From: Dicyema japonicum
Taxonomy: Eukaryota > Animalia > Dicyemida
Direction of reading: 5' to 3'
Assembly: GCA_011109175.1 (NCBI GenBank)
Contig: RDEW01000034.1
Coordinates: 579,556-643,555, forward strand
DNA: 64,000 bases
Part shown: positions 40,324 to 55,601 of the stretch, one piece after another
Layout: each line of letters opens with the position of its first letter
Numbering within the stretch: position 1 is the first letter of the stretch
Made by a program: the position numbers and the translations under genes
Notes under the pieces: generated by a model
Told to the model about the DNA's origin: nothing
The model's database searches: none
The model's input: only the letters and a program-made list of their open reading frames with translations

Positions 40324-40655
40324 GCCGGTGGCTTAGTGGTTAGGTGTCGGGCTTAAGTGGCTTAGGCTACGGGTTCGAATCTCGCTTGCTGTTCACCTTG
40401 GTGGAAGGTTCACGCATCTACGATGCAGAAATGGTTTGACGAGTGACGCCGTCATCAGTGAATACTCACTGCGGAACTGAATTTGTCTAGAAAGGACACT
40501 CACACAAGAAAAAGAAAAAAAGAAGTGAAGATCATTCCTTGGTTCTACGATTAGTTAAAATTAACTGTTCTTTACTTAAATAAAGTGTGTGTCCTGCTAT
40601 GCGGAGCTATAAAATACTATGGCTCTCGTGAAAAGGCTTTATTATTATTATTATT
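40324..40655 (+). mobile_element. tRNA-derived SINE with RTE-type 3' tail
   Basis: A box TGGCTTAGTGG, B box GGTTCGAATC, (TTA)n tail, ~14-bp TSD AGTAAAACTCAA(A)T; absent from other units at the homologous site. Confidence 0.9.
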
Positions 40656-40668
40656 AGTAAAAACTCAA

Positions 40669-41493
40669 ATGTTCTGGTTTTTAGTAAATTGTGTTAGGAA
40701 TAATAGAATTTGTATTACATTTATAATAATAGCATTACAACAATACACACCATACTCTATGGAAGTGAAATTTGATAATTTCCCAGTAATTTACTTTACT
40801 AACAATTAGGGAGACGAGAGAAATTTTGTCATACCGGTCAAAATGTGTCATTAATGTTTAGGCATTAGGAGAAGTTATGACTATAACCGAAGAGAATAAT
40901 AATCCTGAACTTAGCATAACAATAAGGTAATACAACAATTAATTCTTTTAGTCGTGGTCAAGAAAATTGTGATTACAGAGATAGTATTTTAACGGTAACA
41001 GTGCTACAGATGCTGAAGTATAGATAATTTATATTAATAGATCTTGACTGGAAAAATATTAAAATGTCTGTTAAAAAATATTTTGCGAGGAAAAGAAGTA
41101 ATAGACCCTCAATCCCGAAAATTTTGATATACTACAGGACGAAAGTGGATGGTTAATAATGTAATATCATTTTAGCGCAAGAATATTATCCGATGATCAA
41201 GTTTATTCTTCAAGGGATAAACAAAGCAGACTTTTTGAATAGAATTGGAGGTTAATAAATTATTAATATTAGAACAACCTCCTGTTACGACCACCAGTAC
41301 AACCACTACTCCTATACCTCCTGATGATGATGACATGGACACAGATGAGCAAAAAGATATCCATGAAGATTCTGAAAAATTAACCACCAAAGATCGCAGT
41401 AATATTGGAATAAATTGTATTATTATAATATATTCAGCATTCAATATTATTCATTTCCTGAATGCTCTAATTATTATTGGAGTTATCATTTAA
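40669..41493 (+). pseudogene. Array surface-protein gene, copy 3 (small indels; SINE directly upstream)
   Basis: 8-exon structure; indels in exons 1, 5, 6 and 7. Confidence 0.7.
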
Positions 41494-44315
41494 TTAGATT
41501 ATTAATAATTTGATTGATTGGGTTCTCTAAATAAAAGGATTTATTAAAATAATTTTTGACTGAAACTAACAGTTAACAATAATTGATGCTCTGGTAATTG
41601 AGAACGCATTTCCTAATAATTTGCATGGTAATGTGCTCAATGGTCAGCTTTTTTCTCTTCAAAAAATTTTTCTTTCAGATCTAATTTGTTTGGGTTTTGT
41701 CGAAGTCACGTGGAGAATTTCCGAGGCCAAATTCTGATTTTTGAGATCAATTACCTGTTTTTCATTTACTGACACGACCTTATCCTCAAAACTCTGATTA
41801 GATACAGCGAGAAACCGGGCTTGTCGCTATGGAAGAAATTCTGTTCGTCGATTCCATGCCGAATGTTAGCCCAAATTGTTGATCCTCTCAGAGGAGACCG
41901 AGACCATGCTGCTCTTCGTAGAAGACCAGTCGATCGATAATGTTGATTTTTTTAAAAATTATTTAGAGTTTAATAAAAAAAACATTGAGCCAGTTTTGGG
42001 ACTCAGTCTACCTTAGATAGAAATACTCTGGAATCCCATTTGAAGGATATTTCACCGCAACAATTTGGGAAACCTCGAGCAGGCACAAACGGGAGTTTAT
42101 ATAGACTGAAAATGATAATATTGAGTGCATGTTGGCCTCCTCACTGGGATTATCACTCAAAGGGAGAATAATCTTACAATTTTCTTATTATTATCCAGAA
42201 TTTTCAAGGTTAGGTCATCCTTGCAGTCGATCTTAAGTGGACTACATTATTTGGAGAATTAATCAACATTTTGGCTTCTTCGTTCCATTTAGGGTTCCCA
42301 TCACTTGCTGAATCGCTTGCTGTACTGAATCTTTTCCTGCCGACTCCAAAAACTCAAGAAAAGTTTCTCACACATTTAATATTGTCATAAATTTGCAACC
42401 TTCTTTTCGTTTTTCTTTGATTGTTTAAGACTTCCTTTTTGCCATTCAACAGTTTGTAAATTAGAGGTTTGTTCACATGTTCATGTTAAATTAATTAAAT
42501 TATTCCAAAGACCAAGGATAAGCAAACTAACTAACTCCTTGATCCTGACTCGTTCCACCGTTCCAGAACTTGTTTCCAGGCAACGACACAGAAGAGGAGT
42601 CGTTGACCTGAAACCCATCCGTTTCTTCCTCATCAAAGTTACCTGGAACGTCACTGAACTGATTTATTGATTGATTGCTGTAACCAAATCTTCCTTCCTC
42701 GATAGTGCTCATTTCATATTTATACTTTACCAACATGCACTCCAGCGTCCTCTTGAGACAACGGATTGAATGTATGTAGTTTGAGCTCTCTAGCAAATAA
42801 ATCGTACTTATTCAACTTTTTTACTTCAGTGTGCTTCAATAATCCTTGAGAAGTAAAACTCCTTTTAAACACAACTAAACTGAAATAATCATCTATCTCA
42901 TTCATCATCCTCACCATTCTCAGCAAATATTTTTAGATTATCAATAATAGTAAGTGATTGGTTGTATACGTCATCAATGATTAATGACTTTGGGATATAG
43001 ACAATTTTGGAAATTTATTATTTAGAATTATGCTTAAAGGATCCGTGACAAACACAAATAGCCGGAAAGACAACGAATCTCCTTGCAATATACCACAATT
43101 TAATTTAACTATTCCATTCCTTGTTGAAATTTAGAATAACTTTCCACTGGCTTATCAGATTTTTCACAAACCTTCCAATCCACATTGGGAAGCAGAAAAC
43201 TCAGAACATGGAGAGAAAGCATTGGTCCACAGAGTCGTACGCCTTCTTTAAATAAATCCACGAAGCGAATAGTTTGTTTCCATAATCATTGTTTATGCAT
43301 TGATTTATTAAAGCTCGTTCTTTCGCCCCTTGACACATCCTCCTTGCTCCATGCTTTTGCAAAACTGACATACAAGGACTCACGTGAAATTCGTATTATT
43401 ATAATATATTTATTCCTGATTGTTTTTAATTAGTTAAATGTTTATTTAATGATCTTGGTTGTTTTACTGTGGTCTTGAGATTTAATTAAATAAAATTTTA
43501 TTTTTCATGTGAAAACAATTTATTACGTAACAAGACAATCAAAATAATCCACTTGATTGATGAAATGGATGTTTCTTTTGACAACTGCCAGAGAAATCCT
43601 TTGGAACAACTATTCGATTTCCCGACTCTCATTCTTCACTTTGGAAATCATTGACCCAAGCGATTTTAGAAAAGAGGCGTCTTGGCTCCACTCGTCTAGA
43701 CAACAACGGGTTGTACATGGAATCTGAATGAGAGGCTATCTTATTTTTTTATCTTGAAATTATTAAAAGTACAAGCAGCCTCCCCAAATGAAAATTTATT
43801 ATGAAATTATTAATTAAAAGACAGTTGTTATTAATTAAAGTTAATTAATTTAAAGTCATGAAAAAATCACTTTTATGATCTACAAGTATTAAGCACGGTC
43901 TTTTTATGATATTCACACAAAATGGAAAACCGCCAGAAGAACGGTGTTTTCGAAAATTTGTTGGTTCCCGAGAGACACTGGGAAAAGATGAGAATATTGC
44001 TGAGAAGCCAGGATCAGCTGATGGCGTTTGTATTTTAATTATTGTTTACCTTGTGATTTATGACTTAATAATAATAGATTGGAATACTATTTAAAAAACG
44101 ATAGTGGAATGACCACTCAGATTATAATGGTATCAGCATCCAAGTATTTTAAAAAGCGTTCTCAAAAGACATACCACCATCGGGATTGTAAAAATGATAT
44201 TAATTCAGATTCTAAATTTATGTAAATTTATTAAGGAAGTAATAAATGCTTGTTCGCAGAAAAAATTCCAAGAAATTAATAAATCATATAAATACTCAAT
44301 TTCAGTAAAACTCAA

Positions 44316-45153
44316 ATGTTCTGGTTTTTAGTAATTGTGTTAGGAATAATAGAAATTTGTATTACATTTTATAATAATAGCATTACAACAATACACACCA
44401 TACCCTATGAAGTGAAATTTGATAATTTCCCAGTAATTTACTTTATTAACAATTAGGAGACGAGATAGAAATTTTGTCATACGGTCAAATGTGTCATTAA
44501 TGTTCAGGCATTAGGAGAAGTTATGACTATAACCGAAGAGAATATTAATCCTGAACTTACCATAACAATAAGGTAATACAACAATTAATTCTTTTAGTCG
44601 TGGTCAAGAAAATTGTGATTACAGAGATAGTATTTTAACGGTAACAGTGCTACCAGATGCTGAAGTATAGATAATTTATATTAATAGATCTTGACTGGAA
44701 AAATATTAAAATGTCTGTTAAAAAATATTTTGCGAGGAAAAGAAGTAATAGACCCTCAACCCCGAGATTTTGATATACTACAGGACGAAAGTGGATGGTT
44801 AATAATGTAATATCATTTTAGCGCAAGAATATTATCCGATGAACAAGTTATATTCCTTCAAGAGATAAACAAAGCAAATTTTTTGAATAGAATTGTAGGT
44901 TAATAAATTTTTAATATTAGAACAACCTACTGTTACGACCACCAGTACAACCACTACTCCTATTCCTCCTGATGATGATGACATGGACACAGATGAGCAA
45001 AAAGATATCCATGAAGATTCTGAAAACTTAACCACCAAAGATCGCAGTAATATTGGAATAAATTGTATAATTATAATATATTTAGCATTCAATATTATTC
45101 ATTTCCTGAATGCTTTAATTATTATTGGAGTTATCATTCAATTAGATTATTAA
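44316..45153 (+). pseudogene. Array surface-protein gene, copy 4 (1-nt deletions)
   Basis: 8-exon structure; deletion in exon 2; ends IIQLDY*. Confidence 0.7.
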
Positions 45154-47937
45154 TAATTTGATTGGATTGGGTTCTCTAAATAAAAAGATTTATTAAAATT
45201 AATTTTGACTAAAACTAACAGTTAACAATCATTGGATGCTCTGGTAATTGAGAACGCATTTCCTTGATGATTTGCATCGTAATGTGCTCAATGGTCAGCT
45301 TTTTTCTCTTCAAAAATTTTTCTTTCAGATCTAATTTGTTTGGGTTTTCGAAGTCACGTGGAGAATTTCCGAGGCCAAATTCTGATTTTTGAGATCAATT
45401 ACCTGTTTTTCATTTACTGACACGACCTTATCCCTCAGAAAACTCTGATTGGACACAGCGAGAAACCGGGCTTGTCGCTATGGAAGATATTTTGTTCGTC
45501 GATTCCATGGCCGAATGTTTGCCCAAATTGTTTAAATTCTCAGAGAAGACCGAAACCGTGCTGTTCTTCGTAGAAAACCAGTCGATCGATAATTTTGAGT
45601 TTTTTTAAAAATTATTTAGAGTTAAAAAAGCATTGAGCCAGTTTTGGGACTCAATCCACCTGAGATAGAAATACTCTGGAAACCCAGTATTTAAAGGATA
45701 TTTCACCACAACAATTAGAAACACCCTGAACAGCACAAACGGGAGTTTATTTAGACTGAAAATGAAAATATTGAGTGCCTGTTGTTTTCCTCACTGGGAT
45801 TATCACTCAAAGGGAGAATAATCTTCAATTTTCTTATTATTATCCAAATTTTTCAAAGTTAGGTCATTCTTGCAGTCGATCTTTAGTGGACTACGTTATT
45901 TGGAGAATTTATCAACATTTTGGCTTCTTCTTTCCATTTAGAGTTCCCATCACTACTGAATCGCTTGCTGTACTGAATCTTTTCCTGCCGACTCCGAAAA
46001 CAAAAGAAAAGTTCTCACACATTTAATGTTGTCATAAATTTGCAACCTTCTTTTCGTTTTTCTTTGATTGTATAAGACTTTTTTGCCATTCAACAGTTTG
46101 TAACTTAGAGGTTTGTTCATATGTTCATGTTAAATTAATTAAATTATTCCAAAGACCAAGGATAAGCAAACTAACTAACTCCTTGATCCTGCCTCGTTCC
46201 ACCGTTCCAGAACTTGTTTCCAGGTAACGACACAGAAGAGGAGTCGTTGACCTGAGACACATCCGTTTCTTCCTCATCAAAGTTATTTGGAACGTCACTG
46301 AACTGATTTATTGATTGATTGCTGTAACCAAATCTTCCTTCCTCGATAGTGCACATTTCATATTTATACTCTACCAACATGCTCTCCAGCGTCCTCTTGA
46401 GGACAACGGATTGAATGTATGTAGTTTGAGCTCTCTAGCAAATAAATCGTACTTATTCAATTTTTTACTTCAGTGTGCTTCAATAATCCTTGAGAAGTAA
46501 AACTCCTCTTAAACACAACTAAACTAATAGTCATCTATCTTATTCATCATCCTCACCATTCTCAGAAATATTTTTAGATTATCAATAATAGTAAGTGATT
46601 GGCTGTATACGTCATCAATGATGAATTACTTTGGGATTTAGACAATTTTGGAAATTTAAATTTTAGAATTTTGCTTAAAGGATCCATTACTAACACACAA
46701 AGAATCTCCTTGCAATATACCACGATTTAATTTAACGAACCCAATCTTTCCTGTTGAAATATCGAATAACTTTCTAATGGCTTATCAGACTTTCACAAAC
46801 CTTCCGATCCACATTGGGAAACAGAAAACTCAGAACATGGCAGAGAAAGCAATAGTCCACAAAGTTGTACGCCTTCTTTAAATCAAATCCACGAAGCAAA
46901 TAGTTTGTTTCCATAATGACTGTTTATGCACTGATTTATTACAGCTCGCTCCTTTGCCCCTTGACATATCCTCCTTGCTCCCATGTTTTGCGAACTGACA
47001 TACAAGGTCTCACGTGAAATATATATTATATTTATTCCTGATTGTTTTTAAGGGTTAAATGTTTATTTAATGATCATGGTTGTTTTACTTTGGTCTTGAG
47101 ATATTAATTAAATAAAATTTTATTTTTCATGTGAAAACAATTTATTACGTAACAAGACAATCAAAATAATCCACTTGATTGATGAAATGGATGTTTCTTT
47201 TGACAACTGCCAGAAAAATCCTTTGGAACAACCATTCGATTTCCCGACTCTCATTCTTCACTTTGGAAATCATTGACCCAAGCGATTTTAGAAAAGAGGC
47301 GTCTTGGCTCCACTCGTCTAGACAACAACGGGTTGTACATGGAATCTGAATGAGAGGCTATCTTATTTTTTTATCTTGAAATTATTAAAAGTAAGAGCAG
47401 CCTCCCCAAATGAAAATTTATTATGAAATTATTAATTAAAAGACAGTTGTTATTAATTAAAGTTAATTAATTTAAAGTCATGAAAAAATCACTTTTATGA
47501 TCTACAAGTATTAAGCACGGTCTTTTTATGATATTCACACAAAATGAAAAACCGCCAGAAGAACGGTGTTTTCGAAAATGTGTTGGTTCCCGAGAGACAC
47601 TGGGAAAAGATGAGAATATTGCTGAGAAGCCAGGATCAGCTGATGGCGTTTGTATTTTAATTATTGTTTACCTTGTGATTTATGACTTAATAATAATAGA
47701 TTGGAATACTATTTAAAAAACGATAGTGGAATGACCACTCAGATTATAATGGTATCAGCATCCAAGTATTTTAAAAAGCGTTCTCAAAAGACATACCACC
47801 ATCGGGATTGTAAAAATGATATTAATTCAGATTCTAAATTTATGTAAATTTATTAAGGAAGTAATAAATGCTTGTTCGCAGAAAAAATTCCAAGAAATTA
47901 ATAAATCATATAAATACTCAATTTCAGTAAACTCAAT

Positions 47938-48268
47938 GGCGGTGGCTTAGTGGTTAGGTGTCGGGCTTAAGTGGCTTAGGCTACGGGTTCGAATCTCGCT
48001 TGCTGTTCACCTTGGTGGAAGGTTCACGCATCTACGATGCAGAAATGGTTTGACGAGTGACGCCGTCATCAGTGAATACTCACTGCGGAACTGATTTGTC
48101 TAGAAAGGACACTCACACAAGAAAAAGAAAAAAAGAAGTGAAGATCATTCCTTGGTTCTACGATTAGTTAAAATTAACTGTTCTTTACTTAAATAAAGTG
48201 TGTGTCCTGCTATGCGGAGCTATAAAATACTATGGCTCTCGTGAAAAGGCTTTATTATTATTATTATT
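47938..48268 (+). mobile_element. tRNA-derived SINE with RTE-type tail, near-identical to 40324-40655 and at the same site
   Basis: Same A/B boxes, body, (TTA)n tail and TSD. Confidence 0.9.
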
Positions 48269-48281
48269 AGTAAAAACTCAA

Positions 48282-49109
48282 ATGTTCTGGTTTTTAGTAA
48301 TTGTGTTAGGAATAATAGAAATTTGTATTACATTTTATAATAATAGCATTACAACAATACACACCATACCCTATGACAGTGAAATTTGATAATTTCCCAG
48401 TAATTTACTTTATTAACAATTAGGAGACGAGAAGAAATTTTGTCATACCGGTCAAAATGTGTCATTAATGTTTAGGCTTAGGAGAAGTTATGACTATAAC
48501 CGAAGAGAATATTAATCCTGAACTTACCATAACAATAAGGTAATACAACAATTAATTCTTTTAGTCGTGGTCAAGAAAATTGTGATTACAGAGATAGTAT
48601 TTTAACGGTAACAGTGCTACCAGAAGCTGAAGGTATAGATAATTTATATTAATAGATCTTGACTGGAAAAATATTAAAATGTCTGTTAAAAAAATTTTTG
48701 CGAGGAAAAGAAGTAATAGACCCTCAATCCCGAAAATTTGATATACTACAGGACGAAAGTGGATGGTTAATAATGTAATATCATTTTAGCGCAAGAATAT
48801 TATCCGATGATCAAGTTTTATTCCTTCAAGGGATAAACAAATCAGATTTTTTGAATAGAATTGTAGGTTAATAAATTTTTAATATTAGAACAACCTACTG
48901 TTACGACCACCAGTACAACCACTACTCCTATACCTCCTGATGATGATGACATGGACAAAGATGAGCAAGAAGATATCAATGAAGATTCTGAAAAATTAAC
49001 CACCAAAGATCGCAGTAATATTGGAATAAATTGTATAATTATAATATATTCAGCATTCAATATTATTCATTTCCTGAATGCTCTAATTATTATTGGAGTT
49101 ATCATTTAA
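48282..49109 (+). pseudogene. Array surface-protein gene, copy 5 (small indels; SINE directly upstream)
   Basis: 8-exon structure; indels near the starts/ends of exons 4 and 5. Confidence 0.7.
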
Positions 49110-51936
49110 TTAGATTATTAATAATTTGATTGGATTGGGTTTTCTAAATAAAAGGATTTATTAAAATAATTTTGACTAAAACTAACAGTTAACAATTATT
49201 GATGCTCTGGTAATTGAGAACGCATTTCCTTCAATAATTTGCATGGTAATGTGCTCAATGAGTCAGCTTTTTTCTCTTCAAAAATTTTTCTTTCAGATCT
49301 AATTTGTTTGGTTTTTGTCGAAGTCACGTGGAGAATTTCCGAGGCCAAATTCTGATTTTTGAGATCAAATACCTGTTTTTCATTTACTGAGACGACCTTA
49401 TCCCTCAGAAAACTCTGATTAGACACAGCGAGAAACCGGGCTTGTCGCTATGGAAGAAATTCTGTTCGTCGATTCCATGGTCGAATGTTTGCCCAAATTG
49501 TTTATCCTCTCAGAGGAGACCGAGACCATGCTGCTCTTCGTAGAAGACCAGTCGATCGATAATGTTGATTTTTTTAAAAATTATTTAGAGTTAAAAAAAC
49601 ATTGAGCCAGTTTTGGGACTCAATCTACCTTAGATAGAAATACTCTGGAATCCCACCATTTGAAGGATATTTCACCGCAACAATTAGGGAAACCCTGAGC
49701 AGGCACAAACGGGAGTTTATATAGACTGAAAATGATAATATTGAGTGTCTGTCGGCCTCCTCACTGGGATTATCACTCAAAAAGAGAATAATTTTACAAT
49801 TTTCTTATTATTATCCAGAATTTTCAAGGTTAGGTCATCCTTGCAGTCGATCTTAAGTGGACTACATTATTTGGAGAATTAATCAACATTTTGGCTTCTT
49901 CGTTCCATTTAAGGTTCCCATCACTTGCTGAATCGCTTGCTGTACTGAATCTTTTCCTGGCGACTCCAAAAACTCAAGAAAAGTTTCTCACACATTTAAT
50001 ATCGTCATAAATTTGCAACCTTCTTTTCGTTTTCTTTGATAGTTTAAGACTTCCTTTTGCCATTCAACAGTTTGTAACTTAGAGGTTTGTTCACATGTTC
50101 ATGTTAAATTAATTAAATAATTCCAAAGACCAAGGATAAGCAAACTAACTAACTCCTTATCCTGTCTCGTTCCACCGTTCCAGAACTTGTTTCCAGGCAA
50201 CGACACAGAAGAGGAGTCGTTGACCTGAAACCCATCCGTTTCTTCCTCATCAAAGTTACCTGGAACGCCACTGAACTGATTTATTGATTAATTGCTGTAA
50301 CCAAATTTTCCTTCTTCGATAGTGCTCATTTCATATTTATACTCTACCAACATGCACTACAGCATCCTCTTGAGACAACGGATTGAATGTATGTAGTTTG
50401 AGCTCTCTAACAAATAAATCGTACTTATTCAACTTTTTTACTTAGTGTGAATCAATAATCCTTGAGAAGTAAAACTCCTCTTAAACACAACTAAACTGAA
50501 ATAATCATCTATCTCATTCATCATCCTCACCATTCTCAGCAAATATTTTTAGATTATAAATAATAGTAAGTGATTGGCTGTATACGTCATCAACGATTAA
50601 TTACTTTGGGATATAGACAATTTTGGAAATTTAAATTTTAGAATTTTGCTTAAAGGATCCATTACTAACACACAAAGCCGGAAAGACAGCGAATCTCCTT
50701 GCAATATACCACGATTTAATTTAACGAACCCAATCTTTCCCTGTTGAAATATCAGATAACTTTCCAATTGCATATCAGACTCTTCACGAACCTTCCAATC
50801 CAAATTGGGAAACAGAAAACTCTGAACATGGCAGTGAAAGCAATAGTCTACAAAGTTGTACGCCTTCTTTAAATAAATCCACGAAGCGAATATTTTGTTT
50901 CCTTAATCACTGTTTTTGCACTGATTTATTACAGCTCGCTCCTTCGCCCCTTGACATATCCTCCTTGCCCATGCTTTTGCAAAACTGACATACAAGGTTT
51001 CACGTAAAATTCGTATTATTATAATATATTTATTCCTGATTGTTTTTATTGGATTAAATGTTTATTTAATGATCTTGGTTGTTTTACTGTGGTCTTGAGA
51101 TGTTAAATAAATAAAATTTTATTTTTCATTTGAAAACAATTTATTACATAACAAGACAATCAAAATAATCCACTTGATTGATGAAATAGATGTTTCTCTT
51201 GACAACTGCCAGAGAAATCCTTTGGAACAACCATTCGATTTCCCGACTCTCATTCTTCACTTTCGAAATCATTGACCCAAGCGATTTTAGAAAAGAGACG
51301 TCTTGGCTCCACTCGTCTAGACAACAACGGGTTGTACATGGAATCTGAATGAGAGGCTATCTTATTTTTTTATATTGAGAGTATTGAAGGTAGAGCAGCC
51401 TCCCCAAATGAAAATTTATTATGAAATTATTAATTAAAAGACAGTTGTTATTAATTAAAGTTAATTAACTTAAAGTCATGAAAAAATCACTTTTATGATC
51501 TACAGGTATTAAGCACGGTCTTTTTATGATATTCACACAAAATGGAAAACCGCCAGAAGAACGGTGTTTTCGAAAATTTGTTGGTTCCCGAGAGACACTG
51601 GGAAAAGATGAGAATATTGCTGAGAAGCCAGGATCAGCTGATGGCGTTTGAATTTTAATTATTGTTTACCTTGTGATTTATGACTTAATAATAATAGATT
51701 GCAATACTATTTAAAAAATCGATAGTGGAATGACCACTCAGATTATAATGGTATCAGCATCCAAGTATTTTAAAAAGCGTTCTCAAAAGACATACCACCA
51801 TCGGGATTGTAAAAATGATATTAATTCAGATTCTAAATTTATGTAAATTTATTAAGGAAGTAATAAATGCTTGTTCGCAGAAAAAATTCCAAGAAATTAA
51901 TAAATCATATAAATACTCAATTTCAGTAAAACTCAA

Positions 51937-52763
51937 ATGTTCTGGTTTTTAGTAATTGTGTTAGGAATAATAGAAATTTGTATTACATTTTATAATAATA
52001 GCACTACAACAATACACACCATACCCTATGAGAGTGAAATTTGATAATTTCCCAGTAATTTACTTTATTAACAATTAGGGAGACGAGAGAAATTTTGTCA
52101 TACCGGTCAATATGTGTCATTAATGCTTAGGCATTAGGAGAAGTTATGACTATAACCGAAGAGAATATTAATCCTGAACTTAGCATAACAATAAGGTAAT
52201 ACAACAATTAATTCTTTTAGTCGTGGTCAAGAAAATTGTGATTACAGAGATAGTATTTTAACGGTAACAGTGCTACCAGATGCAGAAGTATAGATAATTT
52301 ATATTAATAGATCTTGACTGGAAAAATATTAAAATGTCTGTTAAAAAATATTTTGCGAGGAAAAGAAGTAATAGACCCTCAATCCCGAAATTTTGATATA
52401 CTGCAGGACGAAAGTGGATGGTTAATAATGTAATATCATTTTAGTGCAAGAATATTATCCGATGATCAAGTTTTATTCCTTCAAGGGATAAACAAAGCAG
52501 ATTTTTTGAAAAGAATTGGAGGTTAACAAATTATTAATATTAGAACAACCTCCTGTTACGACCACCAGTACAACCACTACTCCTATACCTCCTGATGATG
52601 ATGACATGGACACAGATGAGCAAAAGATATCCATGAAGATTCTGAAAAATTAACCACCAAAGATCGCAGTAATATTGGAATAAATTGTATTATTATAATA
52701 TATTCAGCATTCAATATTATTCATCTCCTGAATGCTCTAATTATTATTGGAGTTATCATTTAA
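51937..52763 (+). CDS. Array surface-protein gene, copy 6 (best preserved); exons 51937-51979, 52002-52054, 52079-52105, 52131-52195, 52221-52287, 52311-52420, 52445-52521, 52544-52763
   Basis: Seven GT-AG introns of 22, 24, 25, 25, 23, 24 and 22 nt give one continuous frame except for one missing A in the A-run at 52622-52625; ~220 aa with hydrophobic N-terminus, T/P stalk, acidic patch and hydrophobic C-terminus. Confidence 0.8.
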
Positions 52764-55601
52764 TTAGATTATTAATAATTTGATTGGATTGGGTTCTCTA
52801 AATAAAAGGATTTATTAAAATAATTTTGACTAAAACTGACAGTTAACAATAATTGATGCTCTGGTAATTGAGAACGCATTTCCTCCAATAATTTGCATGG
52901 AAATGTGCTCAATGGGTCAGCTTTTTTCTCTTCAAAACTTTTTCTTTCTGATCTAATTCGTTTGGGCTTTATCGAAGTCACGTGGAGAATTTCCGAGGCC
53001 AAATTCTGATTTTTGAGATCACATACCTGTTTTTCATTTACTGACACGACCTTATCCCTCAGAAAACTCTGATTAGACACAGCGAGAAACCGGGCTTGTC
53101 GCTATGGAAGAAATTCTGTTCGTCGATTCCATGGCCGAATGTTTGCCCAAATTGTTGATCCTCTCAGAGGAGACCGAGACCATGCTGCTCTTCGTAGAAA
53201 ACCGTCGATCGATAATGTTGATTTTTTTAAAAATTATTTAGAGTATTAATTTAAAAAAAAAACATTGAGCCAGTTTTGGGACTCAATCTACCTTAGATAG
53301 AAATACTCTGGAATCCAACCATTTGAAGGATATTTCACCGCAACAATTTGGGAAACCCCGAGCAGGCACAAACGGGAGTTTATATAGACTGAAAATGATA
53401 ATATTGAGTGTCTGTCGGCCTCCTCACTGGGATTATCACTCAAAAAGAGAATAATTTACAATTTTCTTATTATTATCCAGAATTTTCAAGGTTAGGTCAT
53501 CCTTGCAGTCGATCTTAAGTGGACTACATTATTTGGAGAATTAATCAACATTTTGGCTTCTTCGTTCCATTTAGGGTTCCCATCACTTGCTGAATCGCTT
53601 GCTGTACTGAATCTTTTCCTGGCGACTCCAAAAACTCAAGAAAAGTTTCTCACACATTTAATATTGTCATAAATTTGCAACCTTCTTTTCGTTTTCTTTG
53701 ATTGTTTAAGACTTCCTTTTTGCCATTCAACAGTTTGTAACTTAGAGGTTTGTTCACATGTTCATGTTAAATTAATTAAATTATTCCAAAGACCAAGGAT
53801 AAGCAAACTAACTAACTCCTTATCCTGTCTCGTTCCACCGTTCCAGAACTTGTTTCCAGGCAACGACACAGAAGAGGAGTCGTTGACCTGAAACCCATCC
53901 GTTTCTTCCTCATCAAAGTTACCTGGAACGCCACTGAACTGATTTATTGATTAATTGCTGTAACCAAATCTTCCTTCCTCGATAGTGCACATTTCATATT
54001 TATACTCTACCAACATGCTCTCCAGCATCCTCTTGAGGACAACGGATTGAATGTATGTAGTTTGAGCTCTCTAACAAATAAATCGTACTTATTCAACTTT
54101 TTTACTTAGTGTGAATCAATAATCCTTGAGAAGTAAAACTCCTCTTAAACACAACTAAACTGAAATAATCATCTATCTCATTCATCATCCTCACCATTCT
54201 CAGCAAATATTTTTAGATTATCAATAATAGTAAGTGATTGGCTGTATACGTCATCAATGATTAATTACTTTGGGATATAGACAATTTTGGAAATTTAAAT
54301 TTTAGAATTTTGCTTAAAGGATCCATTACTAACACACAAAGCCGGAAAGACAACGAATCTCCTTGCAATATACCACGATTTAATTTAACGAACCCAATCT
54401 TTCCTTGTTGAAATTTCGAATAACTTTCCAATGGCTTATGAGACTCTTCACAAACCTTCCAATCCACATTGGGAAACAGAAAACTCAGAACATGGCAGAG
54501 AAAGCAATGGTCCACAAAGTTGTACGCCTTCTTTAAATAAATCCACGAAGCGAATATTTTGTTTCCATAATGACTGTTTATGCACTGATTTATTACAGCT
54601 CGCTCCTTCGCCCCTTGACATATCCTCCTTGCTCCATGCTTTTGCGAAATTGACATACAAGGACTCACGTGAAATTCGTATTATTATAATATATTTATTC
54701 CTGATTGTTTTTAATTAGTTAAATGTTTATTTAATGATCTTGGTTGTTTTACTGTGGTCTTGAGATGTTAATTAAATAAAATTTTATTTTTCATGTGAAA
54801 ACAATTTATTACGTAACAAGACAATCAAAATAATCCACTTGATTGATGAAATGGATGTTTCTTTTGACAACTGCCAGAAAAATCCTTTGGAACAACCATT
54901 CGATTTCCCGACTCTCATTCTTCACTTTGGAAATCATTGACCCAAGCGATTTTAGAAAAGAGGCGTCTTGGCTCCACTCGTCTAGACAACAACGGGTTGT
55001 ACATGGAATCTGAATGAGAGGCTATCTTATTTTTTTATCTTGAAATTATTAAAAGTACGAGCAGCCTCCCCAAATGAAAATTTATTATGAAATTATTAAT
55101 TAAAAGACAGTTGTTATTAATTAAAGTTAATTAATTTAAAGTCATGAAAAAATCACTTTTATGATCTACAAGTATTAAGCACGGTCTTTTTATGATATTC
55201 ACACAAAATGGAAAACCGCCAGAAGAACGGTGTTTTCGAAAATTTGTTGGTTCCCGAGAGACACTGGGAAAAGATGAGAATATTGCTGAGAAGCCAGGAT
55301 CAGCTGATGGCGTTTGTATTTTAATTATTGTTTACCTTGTGATTTATGACTTAATAATAATAGATTGGAATACTATTTAAAAAACGATAGTGGAATGACC
55401 ACTCAGATTATAATGGTATCAGCATCCAAGTATTTTAAAAAGCGATCTCAAAAGACATACCACCATCGGGATTGTAAAAATGATATTAATTCAGATTCTA
55501 AATTTATGTAAATTTATTAAGGAAGTAATAAATGCTTGTTCGCAGAAAAAATTCCAAGAAATTAATAAATCATATAAATACTCAATTTCAGTAAAACTCA
55601 A

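Noticed and set aside
40324-40390. Functional tRNA gene
   Set aside because: A and B boxes are present, but there is no convincing cloverleaf, and the sequence continues into a SINE body, tail and TSD.
40425-40475. Hammerhead ribozyme on the minus strand of the SINE (CTGATGA)
   Set aside because: No GAAA after a plausible stem II and no stem III/cleavage triplet.
52336-52359. Extra 24-nt intron GTCTGTT...GCGAG in exon 6
   Set aside because: Removing it creates an in-frame TGA, and the acceptor (GAG) is atypical; the frame is open without it.
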